Sequence record: MZ234018.1
Length of the DNA: 64,000 nt
Reading direction: 5' to 3' (one strand)
From: Escherichia phage vB_EcoM-101117BS1
Positions 9,057 to 18,525 of the stretch are shown here, piece after piece; the first letter of the stretch is position 1; each line of letters starts with the position of its first letter. The notes beneath the pieces are model-generated. The model was not told the DNA's origin and did not search any database. It saw nothing but the letters and a program-made list of their open reading frames with translations. A program made the position numbers and the translations under genes.

Positions 9057-10870
9057 CAATTGAAAAAGAAATTGAAGGATTGATTCATAAAACTAATAAA
9101 GACCTTTTAAACGAGAATGCTAATAAAGATTCTCGTGTTTTTCCAACTCAACGGGACCTTATGGCTGGTATTGTGTCTAAACACATTGCCAAAAATATGG
9201 TCCCGTCTTTTATTATGAAAGCGCATGAAAGCGGAATTATTCATTTCCACGATATTGATTATTCCCCTGCTCTTCCATTTACTAATTGTTGTTTAGTAGA
9301 TTTAAAAGGAATGCTTGAGAATGGATTTAAGCTTGGTAATGCGCAGATTGAAACTCCTAAATCAATTGGAGTTGCTACTGCAATTATGGCACAAATTACT
9401 GCACAGGTTGCTTCCCATCAATACGGCGGAACGACTTTTGCTAATGTAGATAAAGTACTTTCTCCTTATGTTAAACGCACCTATGCAAAACATATTGAGG
9501 ATGCAGAAAAATGGCAAATCGCCGATGCACTGAATTATGCTCAATCTAAAACAGAAAAAGATGTATACGATGCATTCCAAGCTTATGAATATGAAGTAAA
9601 TACTCTCTTTAGTTCAAACGGACAAACGCCTTTTGTAACAATTACATTTGGTACGGGAACTGACTGGACTGAACGAATGATTCAGAAAGCAATTCTGAAA
9701 AATCGTATTAAAGGTCTTGGTCGTGATGGGATAACTCCTATTTTCCCTAAGCTTGTTATGTTTGTTGAAGAAGGTGTTAATCTTTATAAAGACGATCCGA
9801 ACTATGATATTAAACAGCTTGCTCTAGAGTGCGCAAGCAAAAGGATGTATCCTGATATTATTTCAGCTAAGAACAATAAAGCTATCACTGGTTCATCTGT
9901 TCCTGTTTCTCCGATGGGTTGCCGTAGTTTCTTGAGCGTATGGAAAGATTCGACTGGTAATGAAATTCTTGATGGACGTAATAATCTTGGTGTTGTAACA
10001 CTGAATCTTCCTCGTATCGCATTAGATTCTTATATTGGAACACAGTTCAATGAACAGAAATTTATCGAATTGTTCAATGAGCGAATGGATCTGTGTTTTG
10101 AAGCATTGATGTGTAGAATTAGTTCCTTAAAAGGAGTTAAAGCGACTGTTGCTCCTATTCTTTACCAAGAAGGTGCATTCGGGGTTCGTCTTAAACCTGA
10201 TGACGATATAATTGAGTTATTTAAAAATGGCAGAAGTTCAGTGTCCTTAGGATACATTGGTATTCACGAATTGAATATTCTTGTCGGTCGTGATATTGGA
10301 CAAGAAATTTTAACTAAAATGAATGCTCATCTTAAACAGTGGACTGAAAGAACTGGATTTGCTTTTAGTTTATATTCGACTCCTGCTGAAAACCTTTGTT
10401 ATCGCTTCTGTAAACTTGATACAGAAAAATATGGAAGTGTAAAAGATGTTACCGATAAAGGCTGGTACACTAACAGTTTCCACGTTTCAGTAGAAGAAAA
10501 TATTACTCCGTTTGAAAAGATTTCTCGTGAAGCGCCATATCATTTCATTGCGACAGGTGGTCACATTTCTTATGTTGAACTTCCTGATATGAAAAATAAC
10601 TTGAAAGGTCTTGAGGCCGTATGGGATTATGCTGCACAACATTTAGATTATTTTGGTGTTAATATGCCAGTAGATAAATGTTTTACATGTGGAAGTACCC
10701 ATGAAATGACTCCTACTGAAAACGGATTTGTTTGTTCTATTTGTGGAGAAACTGATCCTAAAAAGATGAACACCATAAGAAGAACATGTGGTTATTTGGG
10801 AAATCCAAACGAACGCGGATTTAATCTCGGTAAAAATAAAGAAATCATGCATAGGGTTAAACACCAATGA
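9053..10870 (+). CDS. nrdD: anaerobic ribonucleoside-triphosphate reductase NrdD
   Basis: 605 aa; C-terminal glycyl-radical motif RTCGYLG and Cys-rich zinc site; uninterrupted ORF. Confidence 0.95.
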   Translation: MTIEKEIEGLIHKTNKDLLNENANKDSRVFPTQRDLMAGIVSKHIAKNMVPSFIMKAHESGIIHFHDIDYSPALPFTNCCLVDLKGMLENGFKLGNAQIETPKSIGVATAIMAQITAQVASHQYGGTTFANVDKVLSPYVKRTYAKHIEDAEKWQIADALNYAQSKTEKDVYDAFQAYEYEVNTLFSSNGQTPFVTITFGTGTDWTERMIQKAILKNRIKGLGRDGITPIFPKLVMFVEEGVNLYKDDPNYDIKQLALECASKRMYPDIISAKNNKAITGSSVPVSPMGCRSFLSVWKDSTGNEILDGRNNLGVVTLNLPRIALDSYIGTQFNEQKFIELFNERMDLCFEALMCRISSLKGVKATVAPILYQEGAFGVRLKPDDDIIELFKNGRSSVSLGYIGIHELNILVGRDIGQEILTKMNAHLKQWTERTGFAFSLYSTPAENLCYRFCKLDTEKYGSVKDVTDKGWYTNSFHVSVEENITPFEKISREAPYHFIATGGHISYVELPDMKNNLKGLEAVWDYAAQHLDYFGVNMPVDKCFTCGSTHEMTPTENGFVCSICGETDPKKMNTIRRTCGYLGNPNERGFNLGKNKEIMHRVKHQ

Positions 10871-11337
10871 ATTATGATAGATTTTATCCTTGCGATTTTG
10901 TTAATGGCCCTGGTTGCAGGGTCGTTCTTTTCGTTACAGGTTGTTTGCATAAATGCGAAGGGTGTTATAATAAATCAACATGGAATGCTAGAAATGGTAT
11001 TCCATTTACTGGTGAAACACTAGAACAATTGATTGAATGTTTGAATAATGATTATATAGAAGGATTAACTATAACCGGAGGTGACCCTCTTTATCCTGAT
11101 AACAGAGACGTGATTCACTCTGTGGTTCAAACAGTAAAAAATCTTTATCCCAATAAAAGCATTTGGTTGTGGACAGGATATAAGTTTGAAGATATTAAAC
11201 AACTAGAAATGCTTAAATATGTTGATGTTATTATTGATGGGAAGTATGAGAAAAATCTTCCGACCAAAAAGCTGTGGAGAGGATCAGATAATCAGCGGCT
11301 TTGGTCAAATACCGATGGGGTGTGGAAACATGATTAA
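10867..11337 (+). CDS. nrdG: anaerobic NTP reductase activating enzyme NrdG (radical SAM)
   Basis: 156 aa; CLHKCEGC radical-SAM cysteine motif; start overlaps nrdD stop. Confidence 0.9.
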   Translation: MNYDRFYPCDFVNGPGCRVVLFVTGCLHKCEGCYNKSTWNARNGIPFTGETLEQLIECLNNDYIEGLTITGGDPLYPDNRDVIHSVVQTVKNLYPNKSIWLWTGYKFEDIKQLEMLKYVDVIIDGKYEKNLPTKKLWRGSDNQRLWSNTDGVWKHD

Positions 11338-11452
11338 ATTGAATTACATTATGGATACTATAAATGATATGATTTTTCATTTTGGTCCAGAATTTTATTC
11401 GCAGTATAGTTTAGTGCTTATCAATGCTTGGTTAATCAATTAAGGGTAAAAT

Positions 11453-11668
11453 ATGTATAAATTTCGTAAAGGTTTAGCTGATTTTCTTACAACTGTAACA
11501 TTCTTTCTGTTTATGGCAGTTGGAGCTATTTTCCTTATTCCTTTTATTGCTATATTTTTCGTGATTAGTTTGATTTCTCCAGAAAAGGGTTTATCTTCTA
11601 GCGAGTTCAATGAGCGTCTGGATAAAATTACTAACAAGCTGAATTCTGTTCTTGATAAAAAGGCTTAA
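11453..11668 (+). CDS. small membrane protein
   Basis: 71-aa ORF with central hydrophobic segment. Confidence 0.45.
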   Translation: MYKFRKGLADFLTTVTFFLFMAVGAIFLIPFIAIFFVISLISPEKGLSSSEFNERLDKITNKLNSVLDKKA

Positions 11669-11670
11669 TT

Positions 11671-11982
11671 ATGATTAGTTTTGAGCGGTATGTGGTAGAG
11701 AGTTGGAAGGGTTTTGATATGTTCGGTAATGACTATTATTTCTATGAATGTAGTCTGAACCCAAGCTTCTGGGCTGGACGTGAACAAGACCTCGAAGAAA
11801 TCAACGCTCGTGCCGATTTGTTAGGTGAACTGCCTACGGTTTATTTTACCTTTGATGAATCCGGCTTCGTTATCCAGGTTTATTTTCCTGAAGAAAACTC
11901 TGGTGAGGATTCTGTTAATCCTCCTTATTGGGCTTACCAAGGAATTATTTCTCGTGGAACAAAACTCGAACTTAAAGAATAA
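11671..11982 (+). CDS. hypothetical protein
   Basis: 103-aa ORF. Confidence 0.5.
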   Translation: MISFERYVVESWKGFDMFGNDYYFYECSLNPSFWAGREQDLEEINARADLLGELPTVYFTFDESGFVIQVYFPEENSGEDSVNPPYWAYQGIISRGTKLELKE

Positions 11983-11983
11983 G

Positions 11984-12277
11984 ATTGAAGTCTATGGAAT
12001 TCCAGATGAAGTAGGTCGTTGTCCTGGATGTCAATCAGTTACAAAACTTCTAAAGGAGCTCAATGCTCCTTTTACTTTCTATAAAGTTCTTACAAATAAT
12101 GGTAAGATTGAGTATGATCGTCCACTGATTGTATCTCTTGCTAAACGCGCTGGATTCACATCTCTTAACATTCGTTATCCAGTCATTTTCATTAATGATT
12201 CTAGACAAAAGAACATTAAACACTTCAAAGAAACTCTCATTTCACTTGGATATGATAGAGATATCATAGAAGACTAA
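11984..12277 (+). CDS. nrdH: glutaredoxin-like protein (NrdH-like); start codon uncertain
   Basis: CPGC redox motif in a ~97-aa domain; no in-frame ATG near the domain start; ATT at 11984 is proposed. Confidence 0.5.
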   Translation: MEVYGIPDEVGRCPGCQSVTKLLKELNAPFTFYKVLTNNGKIEYDRPLIVSLAKRAGFTSLNIRYPVIFINDSRQKNIKHFKETLISLGYDRDIIED

Positions 12278-12280
12278 GAT

Positions 12281-12304
12281 GGGCCCTCTGGGCCTTTCTT
12301 TCTT
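12281..12304 (+). terminator. rho-independent terminator-like hairpin
   Basis: ggccc-tct-gggcc stem-loop followed by tttctttctt. Confidence 0.55.
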
Positions 12305-12375
12305 ACATTCTGTATATTACCATTCTAAGCTATCGTTCCTTTCTTATCATTCCCTGAAATATTTTTCACAAAGTT

Positions 12376-12405
12376 GTTTACAACAAGTTCAAACCGTGGT
12401 ATTAT
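12376..12405 (+). promoter_or_regulatory. T4-type early promoter
   Basis: GTTTAC 12376-12381, 18-bp spacer, TGGTATTAT -10. Confidence 0.55.
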
Positions 12406-12435
12406 TAACATATGAATTACCTTTGAGGAATTGAT

Positions 12436-12618
12436 ATGGTTATGGTTGATAAAGAAATTAAAAAGGGACAGTATTATCTCATTAATGGTAATGCTGTTCG
12501 TGTTACTCATGTAAATAGTTTTGAAGTTTGCTATATTATACTCAAGTTACATAAACGCATGATTTGCGATCGTGCTGCATTTAGTTCAGTTGCTAAGGAA
12601 ATTAAACTCCATGGGTAA
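12436..12618 (+). CDS. hypothetical protein
   Basis: 60-aa ORF downstream of early promoter. Confidence 0.4.
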   Translation: MVMVDKEIKKGQYYLINGNAVRVTHVNSFEVCYIILKLHKRMICDRAAFSSVAKEIKLHG

Positions 12619-12904
12619 AACGTATCGTCGTAAAGACTTAAAAGTGCGTGATTATGACTATTTCGGAAAGCGTAAAGCTCCTGATGGGGTAAGTCATAAA
12701 GATATGGTTGAAAACATTTTTCGCTCAGATAAATGGCGTAGAATGAAAGGTATTGATTCAGAAGTTAAAGATGAGCTAAATCGCCAATTACGTGGTGAAG
12801 TAAGAAAGTTGAAAAAATCAGTTTACATTGACGATGATTTTGATTATAATACTTCTCAACGAGTTGCTAAACGTAAATCAAACGAGTGTTATCGTTACAG
12901 CTGA
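12611..12904 (+). CDS. hypothetical basic protein
   Basis: ATG 12611 in frame with track ORF 12572; 97 aa, Lys/Arg-rich. Confidence 0.45.
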   Translation: MGKTYRRKDLKVRDYDYFGKRKAPDGVSHKDMVENIFRSDKWRRMKGIDSEVKDELNRQLRGEVRKLKKSVYIDDDFDYNTSQRVAKRKSNECYRYS

Positions 12905-12911
12905 GGAAATT

Positions 12912-13043
12912 ATGAATATCAAACGAATGCTTTTTAAGCAGGGGTTATACACTTTAAATGTTACTCCAAAAGGTGATACAACTAAGTGGTCAGTAAATGA
13001 CTGGATTAAATTTATTGATGAAAACGGTAACTGGAAAATTTAA
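12912..13043 (+). CDS. hypothetical small protein
   Basis: 43 aa from ATG 12912 after GAGGAAA SD. Confidence 0.3.
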   Translation: MNIKRMLFKQGLYTLNVTPKGDTTKWSVNDWIKFIDENGNWKI

Positions 13044-13244
13044 ATGAATCTTGAATCTAAATTATCACAACGAATTGCCGAATCTCGTCGTCAGTTCTTT
13101 GAAAATATGATAGCCCAAGGTATTGATGATGAAGTTTTTCTAAACTGGTTTTGGAATCACAAATATTCAAGTTGCTCAGGAGCAATATTAATATCAGCCG
13201 CAATGATGTATGAAGGCTGGAAGGGTGCCAAAAAGTTTAGCTAA
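13044..13244 (+). CDS. hypothetical protein
   Basis: 66-aa ORF followed by terminator hairpin. Confidence 0.45.
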   Translation: MNLESKLSQRIAESRRQFFENMIAQGIDDEVFLNWFWNHKYSSCSGAILISAAMMYEGWKGAKKFS

Positions 13245-13262
13245 GGGCTTCGGCCCTTTTTG
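13243..13262 (+). terminator. rho-independent terminator (UUCG-loop hairpin + T-run)
   Basis: aagggcttcggccctttt. Confidence 0.55.
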
Positions 13263-13296
13263 GATAATAAAATTTTAACGTAATTGAGGATAATGT

Positions 13297-13623
13297 ATGA
13301 CTATTCAAATTAAAAACGTCATTAATTCTTACGCATATGATAAAGTAGTTTCTTTGCTAGAAAAAGGCGATATTGTAACTCCTCAAATTTTGGATAAATG
13401 GGAAAAAGAGCTTCATCAGACGATGAAACAGAATGATCAGAAGATTGGACGCAATACTGTCCGTGAATTGTTGGTTCAATATATCTTGTCAGAATTTGAT
13501 GTTAAAGCTTTTGGTGTAGAATCTAAAGCTTATCAAAAGCATGAAATTTCCGATAAAACTATTCGTCGCATGAAAAATCAACGCAAGAAAAAATTTGCAG
13601 ACCTGAAAATTACTAAGGTATAA
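13297..13623 (+). CDS. hypothetical protein
   Basis: 108-aa ORF. Confidence 0.5.
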   Translation: MTIQIKNVINSYAYDKVVSLLEKGDIVTPQILDKWEKELHQTMKQNDQKIGRNTVRELLVQYILSEFDVKAFGVESKAYQKHEISDKTIRRMKNQRKKKFADLKITKV

Positions 13624-13625
13624 TT

Positions 13626-13841
13626 ATGAACGAAGCTCTTATTAACGATTTGCGTCTTGCTGGATATGAAGTAAATACAAATGGCATTGGTTTAACTCAA
13701 ATTGAAGGAAACGGATTCATCCTTGAGTATGAATTTAGCCAATGGTGGTTATATGCCAATTATGGCGAATTGATTGAATACGTTGACCAATTTGATTCAC
13801 TAGATGCAGCTCTTGAAGCGGCTAAGTTGATGAATGTATGA
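13626..13841 (+). CDS. hypothetical protein
   Basis: 71-aa ORF. Confidence 0.45.
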   Translation: MNEALINDLRLAGYEVNTNGIGLTQIEGNGFILEYEFSQWWLYANYGELIEYVDQFDSLDAALEAAKLMNV

Positions 13842-14107
13842 AATTTATTAATATTTCTATTACTATTGAAAATTATGGCATTTTCTATGTTGACCAATAC
13901 ATGAAAATTTCATTTTTCCCAAATAAAACTGGTGTTGGATATTGGGAAAGTCATGTTTCTGAATTAAATGAAAGTGAATATGTTAGTACACATGAAAAGT
14001 TTTTAGACTTTTTATATCATGCTGATTTAACTAGTCATTATATAGATATTCATGAATTTAAAAAGATGATGGAAAAAGTATTCCAAGCATACTGTTTACT
14101 TAGATAA
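13838..14107 (+). CDS. hypothetical protein
   Basis: 89-aa ORF. Confidence 0.45.
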   Translation: MKFINISITIENYGIFYVDQYMKISFFPNKTGVGYWESHVSELNESEYVSTHEKFLDFLYHADLTSHYIDIHEFKKMMEKVFQAYCLLR

Positions 14108-14185
14108 CTGATATCCTCTATGCTTTAAGATAGATCTTCAAATATTATGATATAATAGATCTATGAATTGAGCTAAGAGGTGAAA

Positions 14186-14743
14186 ATGTCAGAAACTAAG
14201 CCTAAATATAATTACGTAAACAATAAAGAGCTTTTACAAGCTATTATTGATTGGAAAACAGAATTAGCAAATAATAAAGACCCAAATAAAGTAGTTCGTC
14301 AAAATGATACTATTGGATTAGCCATTATGCTTATTGCAGAAGGCTTATCTAAACGTTTCAACTTTTCAGGATACACCCAGTCTTGGAAACAAGAAATGAT
14401 TGCAGATGGTATAGAAGCTTCTATTAAGGGGCTTCATAATTTTGATGAAACGAAATATAAAAACCCACATGCGTATATAACTCAAGCTTGTTTTAATGCA
14501 TTCGTCCAGCGTATTAAAAAAGAACGTAAGGAAGTTGCAAAGAAATATAGTTACTTCGTTCACAATGTCTATGACAGTCGTGACGACGATATAGTTGCGT
14601 TAGTAGATGAAACTTTTATTCAAGACATCTACGATAAAATGACGCATTACGAAGAATCAACCTATAGAACACCGGGGGCTGAAAAGAAAAGTGTTGTAGA
14701 CGATTCTCCTAGTTTGGATTTTTTATATGAGGCTAACGATTAA
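14186..14743 (+). CDS. 55: late-transcription sigma factor gp55
   Basis: 185 aa from ATG 14186 ([20 protein letters not shown]...); matches T4 gp55. Confidence 0.9.
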   Translation: MSETKPKYNYVNNKELLQAIIDWKTELANNKDPNKVVRQNDTIGLAIMLIAEGLSKRFNFSGYTQSWKQEMIADGIEASIKGLHNFDETKYKNPHAYITQACFNAFVQRIKKERKEVAKKYSYFVHNVYDSRDDDIVALVDETFIQDIYDKMTHYEESTYRTPGAEKKSVVDDSPSLDFLYEAND

Positions 14744-14945
14744 CCTCTCCGGATTCTTGGAAGAAATACCTGAAGTTGAAGCTATTCCCTATTTACTTAA
14801 AATGTATCTCAGGGAAGTTTTAGCTCTTGACATTGATATTGATCCAGAAAATCCGTATGATACCGCTTTTAAATCTAATGGTGTAGAATTAAACTATCGG
14901 TATCATTTAACAGATGATGATTTTTATTTTATATTAGAGAAATAA
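14727..14945 (+). CDS. hypothetical protein
   Basis: 72-aa ORF. Confidence 0.4.
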   Translation: MRLTINLSGFLEEIPEVEAIPYLLKMYLREVLALDIDIDPENPYDTAFKSNGVELNYRYHLTDDDFYFILEK

Positions 14946-14946
14946 T

Positions 14947-15264
14947 ATGACTGATAAACCCGAAATTAATGATGAAGTGGAAAAGCTTATTTCTTCTATT
15001 GAAGAAAAGAACCGTCTTGAAGCAGAAAGAAAAGCAAATAAGTTATTGTCTAAAAACAAACGCGAACTGAATCGTCTTTATAAGCACGCTCAGATCGCAG
15101 CTGAAAATAATAATTTTGCTCAATACGAATATGCTATCAAGAAAAGTCGGGATATTCTAAAACAGCCATATAACGATGAACTTATCAGTATTCTTTGGAA
15201 GACTACTAGATCGCAAATTGAGGATATGATTGATGCTTACACACGTAAAATTCAAGCGTCTTAA
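14947..15264 (+). CDS. hypothetical protein (charged, helical)
   Basis: 105-aa ORF. Confidence 0.45.
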   Translation: MTDKPEINDEVEKLISSIEEKNRLEAERKANKLLSKNKRELNRLYKHAQIAAENNNFAQYEYAIKKSRDILKQPYNDELISILWKTTRSQIEDMIDAYTRKIQAS

Positions 15265-15436
15265 AATTAATGCAGGATTTACTGAATCTTTGAATGGTCA
15301 TCTTTGTGTGAAAATTTCTGAAAAAGAATACCATGATAGTTCAATTAAAGAAGTTAATCCTCCTATTGTAAGAGCAGACCCTAATATGAAAGTGTGGGTT
15401 GATTCTTATCAAGTCAAAAAATGGTGGCAGTTATGA
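15230..15436 (+). CDS. hypothetical protein
   Basis: 68-aa ORF overlapping previous ORF end. Confidence 0.35.
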   Translation: MMLTHVKFKRLKINAGFTESLNGHLCVKISEKEYHDSSIKEVNPPIVRADPNMKVWVDSYQVKKWWQL

Positions 15437-15631
15437 AAGATGAACACCCAGACTTCTGAAATAGATTATAATAAAATTCGTTCCTCTAAAGAGGAAATGA
15501 TGAGACTCTTTAAAGCGTCTCATGATAAAGCTAAAGCAGAAGGAACTATAAAATATAAGCGCATAAAATTTAAAAGTTCTAACGAGCCTCTGTATGGCGT
15601 ATTATGTGGATAGGAGCTTCGGCTCCTATAT

Positions 15632-15655
15632 TGCTTTATAAATTTTTGGTAAAAT
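15632..15655 (+). promoter_or_regulatory. MotA-dependent middle promoter candidate
   Basis: MotA box TGCTTTA 15632-15638, 11-bp spacer, TAAAAT 15650-15655, upstream of a-gt. Confidence 0.45.
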
Positions 15656-15679
15656 AAACCAAAACAAAGAGGATATTAA

Positions 15680-16882
15680 ATGAAAGTATGTATTTTTATG
15701 GCTCGAGGTCTTGAAGGTTGTGGTGTAACTAAATTTTCTCTTGAGCAACGTGATTGGTTTATTAAGAATGGTCATGAAGTAACTTTGGTTTATGCTAAAG
15801 ATAAATCATTTACTCGTAATTGCGCGCATGATTATAAATCATTTTCAATTCCGGTTTTATTGGCAAAAGAATATGATAAAACACTTAAGCTGGTAAATGA
15901 TTGTGATATTCTAATTATCAATTCAGTTCCTGCTACTTCGGTTGAAGAAGACACTATTAATAACTATAAAAAAATTATTGATAACATTAAACCTTCTGTT
16001 CGTGTTGTAGTTTATCAACATGACCATTCTTCTCTTTCTTTGCGCCGAAATTTGGGATTAGAAGAAACTGTTCGTCGAGCTGATGTTATTTTTAGCCATT
16101 CTGATAATGGTGATTTTAATAAAGTTCTGATGAAAGAATGGTATCCTGAAACAGTTTCTCTGTTTGATGATATTGAAGAAGCACCGACAGTATATAACTT
16201 TCAGCCTCCTATGGATATTGCGAAGGTTCGGTCAACCTACTGGAAAGATGTTTCTGAAATTAACATGAATATCAACCGTTGGATTGGTCGTACGACTACA
16301 TGGAAAGGTTTTTATCAGATGTTTGATTTTCATGAAAAACATCTTAAACCTGCAGGACTAAGTACTATTATGGAAGGTCTGGAACGTTCTCCGGCGTTCA
16401 TTCCTATTAAAGAAAAAGGAATTCCATACGAGTATTATCGTCTTCATCAAGTAGACCAAATTAAAATTGCTCCTAATTTGCCAACGCAAATTCTTGACCG
16501 TTATGTAAATAGCGAAATGCTTGAACGCATGAGTAAATCCGGATTTGGTTATCAGCTAAGTAAGTTGGATAAAAAATATCTACAACGTTCTTTAGAATAT
16601 ACTCATCTCGAGCTTGGTGCATGCGGAACAATTCCAGTATTTTGGAAATCTACTGGCGAAAATTTAAAATTCCGTGTTGATAATACTCCGTTAATTTCTC
16701 ATGATAGCGGTATCGTTTGGTTTGATGAAAATGACATGGAATCAACATTTGAACGTATTAAAGAACTGTCATCTGACCGAGCTTTTTATGACCGTGAACG
16801 CGAAAAAGCTTATGAATTTTTGTATCAGCATCAAGATTCAAGCTTCTGCTTTAAAGAACAGTTTGACATTATTACAAAATAA
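15680..16882 (+). CDS. a-gt: DNA alpha-glucosyltransferase
   Basis: 400 aa; matches T4 alpha-glucosyltransferase. Confidence 0.9.
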   Translation: MKVCIFMARGLEGCGVTKFSLEQRDWFIKNGHEVTLVYAKDKSFTRNCAHDYKSFSIPVLLAKEYDKTLKLVNDCDILIINSVPATSVEEDTINNYKKIIDNIKPSVRVVVYQHDHSSLSLRRNLGLEETVRRADVIFSHSDNGDFNKVLMKEWYPETVSLFDDIEEAPTVYNFQPPMDIAKVRSTYWKDVSEINMNINRWIGRTTTWKGFYQMFDFHEKHLKPAGLSTIMEGLERSPAFIPIKEKGIPYEYYRLHQVDQIKIAPNLPTQILDRYVNSEMLERMSKSGFGYQLSKLDKKYLQRSLEYTHLELGACGTIPVFWKSTGENLKFRVDNTPLISHDSGIVWFDENDMESTFERIKELSSDRAFYDREREKAYEFLYQHQDSSFCFKEQFDIITK

Positions 16883-16898
16883 AGGGCTTCGGCCCTTT
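16881..16898 (+). terminator. UUCG-loop hairpin after a-gt
   Basis: aaagggcttcggcccttt. Confidence 0.5.
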
Positions 16899-16899
16899 A

Positions 16900-16923
16900 G
16901 CTTTATACGGAGTTTGATATAAT
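16900..16923 (+). promoter_or_regulatory. MotA-box-like middle promoter candidate
   Basis: GCTTTA 16900-16905, 12-bp spacer, TATAAT 16918-16923. Confidence 0.35.
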
Positions 16924-17062
16924 GATATTTCTTGGATATGTGATACTTTTTCTCGCATTTTATCTATTCACTAGAGCATGTTGGATTGGGTTCTTTAGCA
17001 CTCCAGATGGATTTATTTCAATAATTTTATTTTGCATTTCAATGACGGTTCTTGATATATGA
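16922..17062 (+). CDS. small membrane protein (at the position of T4 47.1)
   Basis: 46-aa hydrophobic ORF; stop overlaps gene 47 start. Confidence 0.35.
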   Translation: MIFLGYVILFLAFYLFTRACWIGFFSTPDGFISIILFCISMTVLDI

Positions 17063-18078
17063 AAATTTTAAATTTAGGTGATTGGCATTTAGGCGTTAAA
17101 GCCGATGATGAGTGGGTTCAATCCATTCAGTTGGATGGAATTAAGCAAGCGATAGAATATTCTAAGAAAAATGGAATTACTACCTGGATTCAATACGGCG
17201 ATATTTTTGATGTGCGAAAAGCAATTACGCATAAAACTATGGAGTTTGCTCGTGAAATAGTTCAAATGCTTGATGATGCTGGTATTACCCTACATACTGT
17301 TGTAGGAAACCATGATATGCATTTTAAAAATACTTTAACTCCAAATGCCTCTACTGAGCTTTTGGCTAAATATCCTAATGTTAAAGTATATGATAAGCCT
17401 ACTACGGTAGATTTTGACGGGTGTTTGATTGATTTGATTCCTTGGATGTGCGAAGAAAATACTGGTGAAATTCTTGAGCACATCAAAACTTCATCTGCTT
17501 CTTTTTGTGTTGGTCACTGGGAACTGAATGGATTTTATTTTTATAAAGGAATGAAATCTCACGGTCTTGAACCTGATTTCCTTAAGACTTATAAAGAGGT
17601 GTGGTCTGGTCACTTCCATACTATCTCTGAGGCTGCTAACGTCAGATATATTGGGACACCATGGACACTAACCGCAGGTGACGAGAATGACCCTCGTGGG
17701 TTCTGGATGTTTGATACAGAAACAGAACGAATGGAATTTATTCCAAACAATACTACCTGGCATCGTAGAATTCATTATCCATTTAAAGGAAAAATTGACT
17801 ATAAAGATTTTACAAATCTATCAGTACGTGTTATAGTAACTGAAGTAGACAAAAATCTAACGAAGTTCGAATCTGAACTAGAAAAAGTTGTGCATTCATT
17901 ACGAGTTGTGTCAAAGATTGATAACTCTGTCGAGTCAGATGACAGTGAAGAAGTTGAAGTTCAATCTCTTCAGACGTTGATGGAAGAATACATTAATGCA
18001 ATTCCAGACATCACTGATTCTGACCGTGAAGCACTTATTCAATATGCAAATCAGCTATATGTAGAGGCAACACAATGA
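17059..18078 (+). CDS. 47: recombination nuclease subunit gp47 (Mre11-like)
   Basis: 339 aa; N-terminal LGDWHLG phosphoesterase motif; matches T4 gp47. Confidence 0.9.
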   Translation: MKILNLGDWHLGVKADDEWVQSIQLDGIKQAIEYSKKNGITTWIQYGDIFDVRKAITHKTMEFAREIVQMLDDAGITLHTVVGNHDMHFKNTLTPNASTELLAKYPNVKVYDKPTTVDFDGCLIDLIPWMCEENTGEILEHIKTSSASFCVGHWELNGFYFYKGMKSHGLEPDFLKTYKEVWSGHFHTISEAANVRYIGTPWTLTAGDENDPRGFWMFDTETERMEFIPNNTTWHRRIHYPFKGKIDYKDFTNLSVRVIVTEVDKNLTKFESELEKVVHSLRVVSKIDNSVESDDSEEVEVQSLQTLMEEYINAIPDITDSDREALIQYANQLYVEATQ

Positions 18079-18338
18079 CTTTTGATGAATTTAAAAATGT
18101 TATGATGAGTCAGCATTTTGAATGCGAAGTAAAAGATGATATTGGGCATAAAGAAATTATTGAATATTGGTTTGAACCGTTAGAGGTTGAAGATAATTGT
18201 ATTAAAAAGGTTACAGTCTGCACTGACTGGGCTGTATCTTTTAACTTCAACATTTTAGATAATGACACACCTAAATCATTACAAGATATGGCTGTATCTT
18301 GTATTAAGGATGCATACTGTGAAGTTTTCGACATTTGA
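18075..18338 (+). CDS. hypothetical protein
   Basis: 87-aa ORF, start overlaps gene 47 stop. Confidence 0.5.
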   Translation: MTFDEFKNVMMSQHFECEVKDDIGHKEIIEYWFEPLEVEDNCIKKVTVCTDWAVSFNFNILDNDTPKSLQDMAVSCIKDAYCEVFDI

Positions 18339-18525
18339 CATTAATGATGAATTCATAGCAAATATTGATTATACCGAAGAAGATTCTAGATATGTTGGAA
18401 TAATTTATATCACATCAAAAGCAGCACAAGGTGTTGTTTGCATGGCTGAATTTGATGAATACTTTTTAGATTATGATGATATGATAGAATGGTCTAAAAG
18501 ATACATTAAAAGGAATCTTTTGTGA
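18310..18525 (+). CDS. hypothetical protein
   Basis: ATG 18310 in frame with track ORF 18262; 71 aa. Confidence 0.4.
   Translation: MHTVKFSTFDINDEFIANIDYTEEDSRYVGIIYITSKAAQGVVCMAEFDEYFLDYDDMIEWSKRYIKRNLL

Noticed and set aside
9053-10870. Group I intron with a homing endonuclease in nrdD, as in T4
   Set aside because: The NrdD reading frame is continuous for 605 codons and no extra ORF is embedded.
11825-12277. 150-aa ORF from the track as a single protein
   Set aside because: Its first ~53 codons overlap ORF 11671-11982 in another frame and look like translated noise; only the C-terminal glutaredoxin domain is credible.
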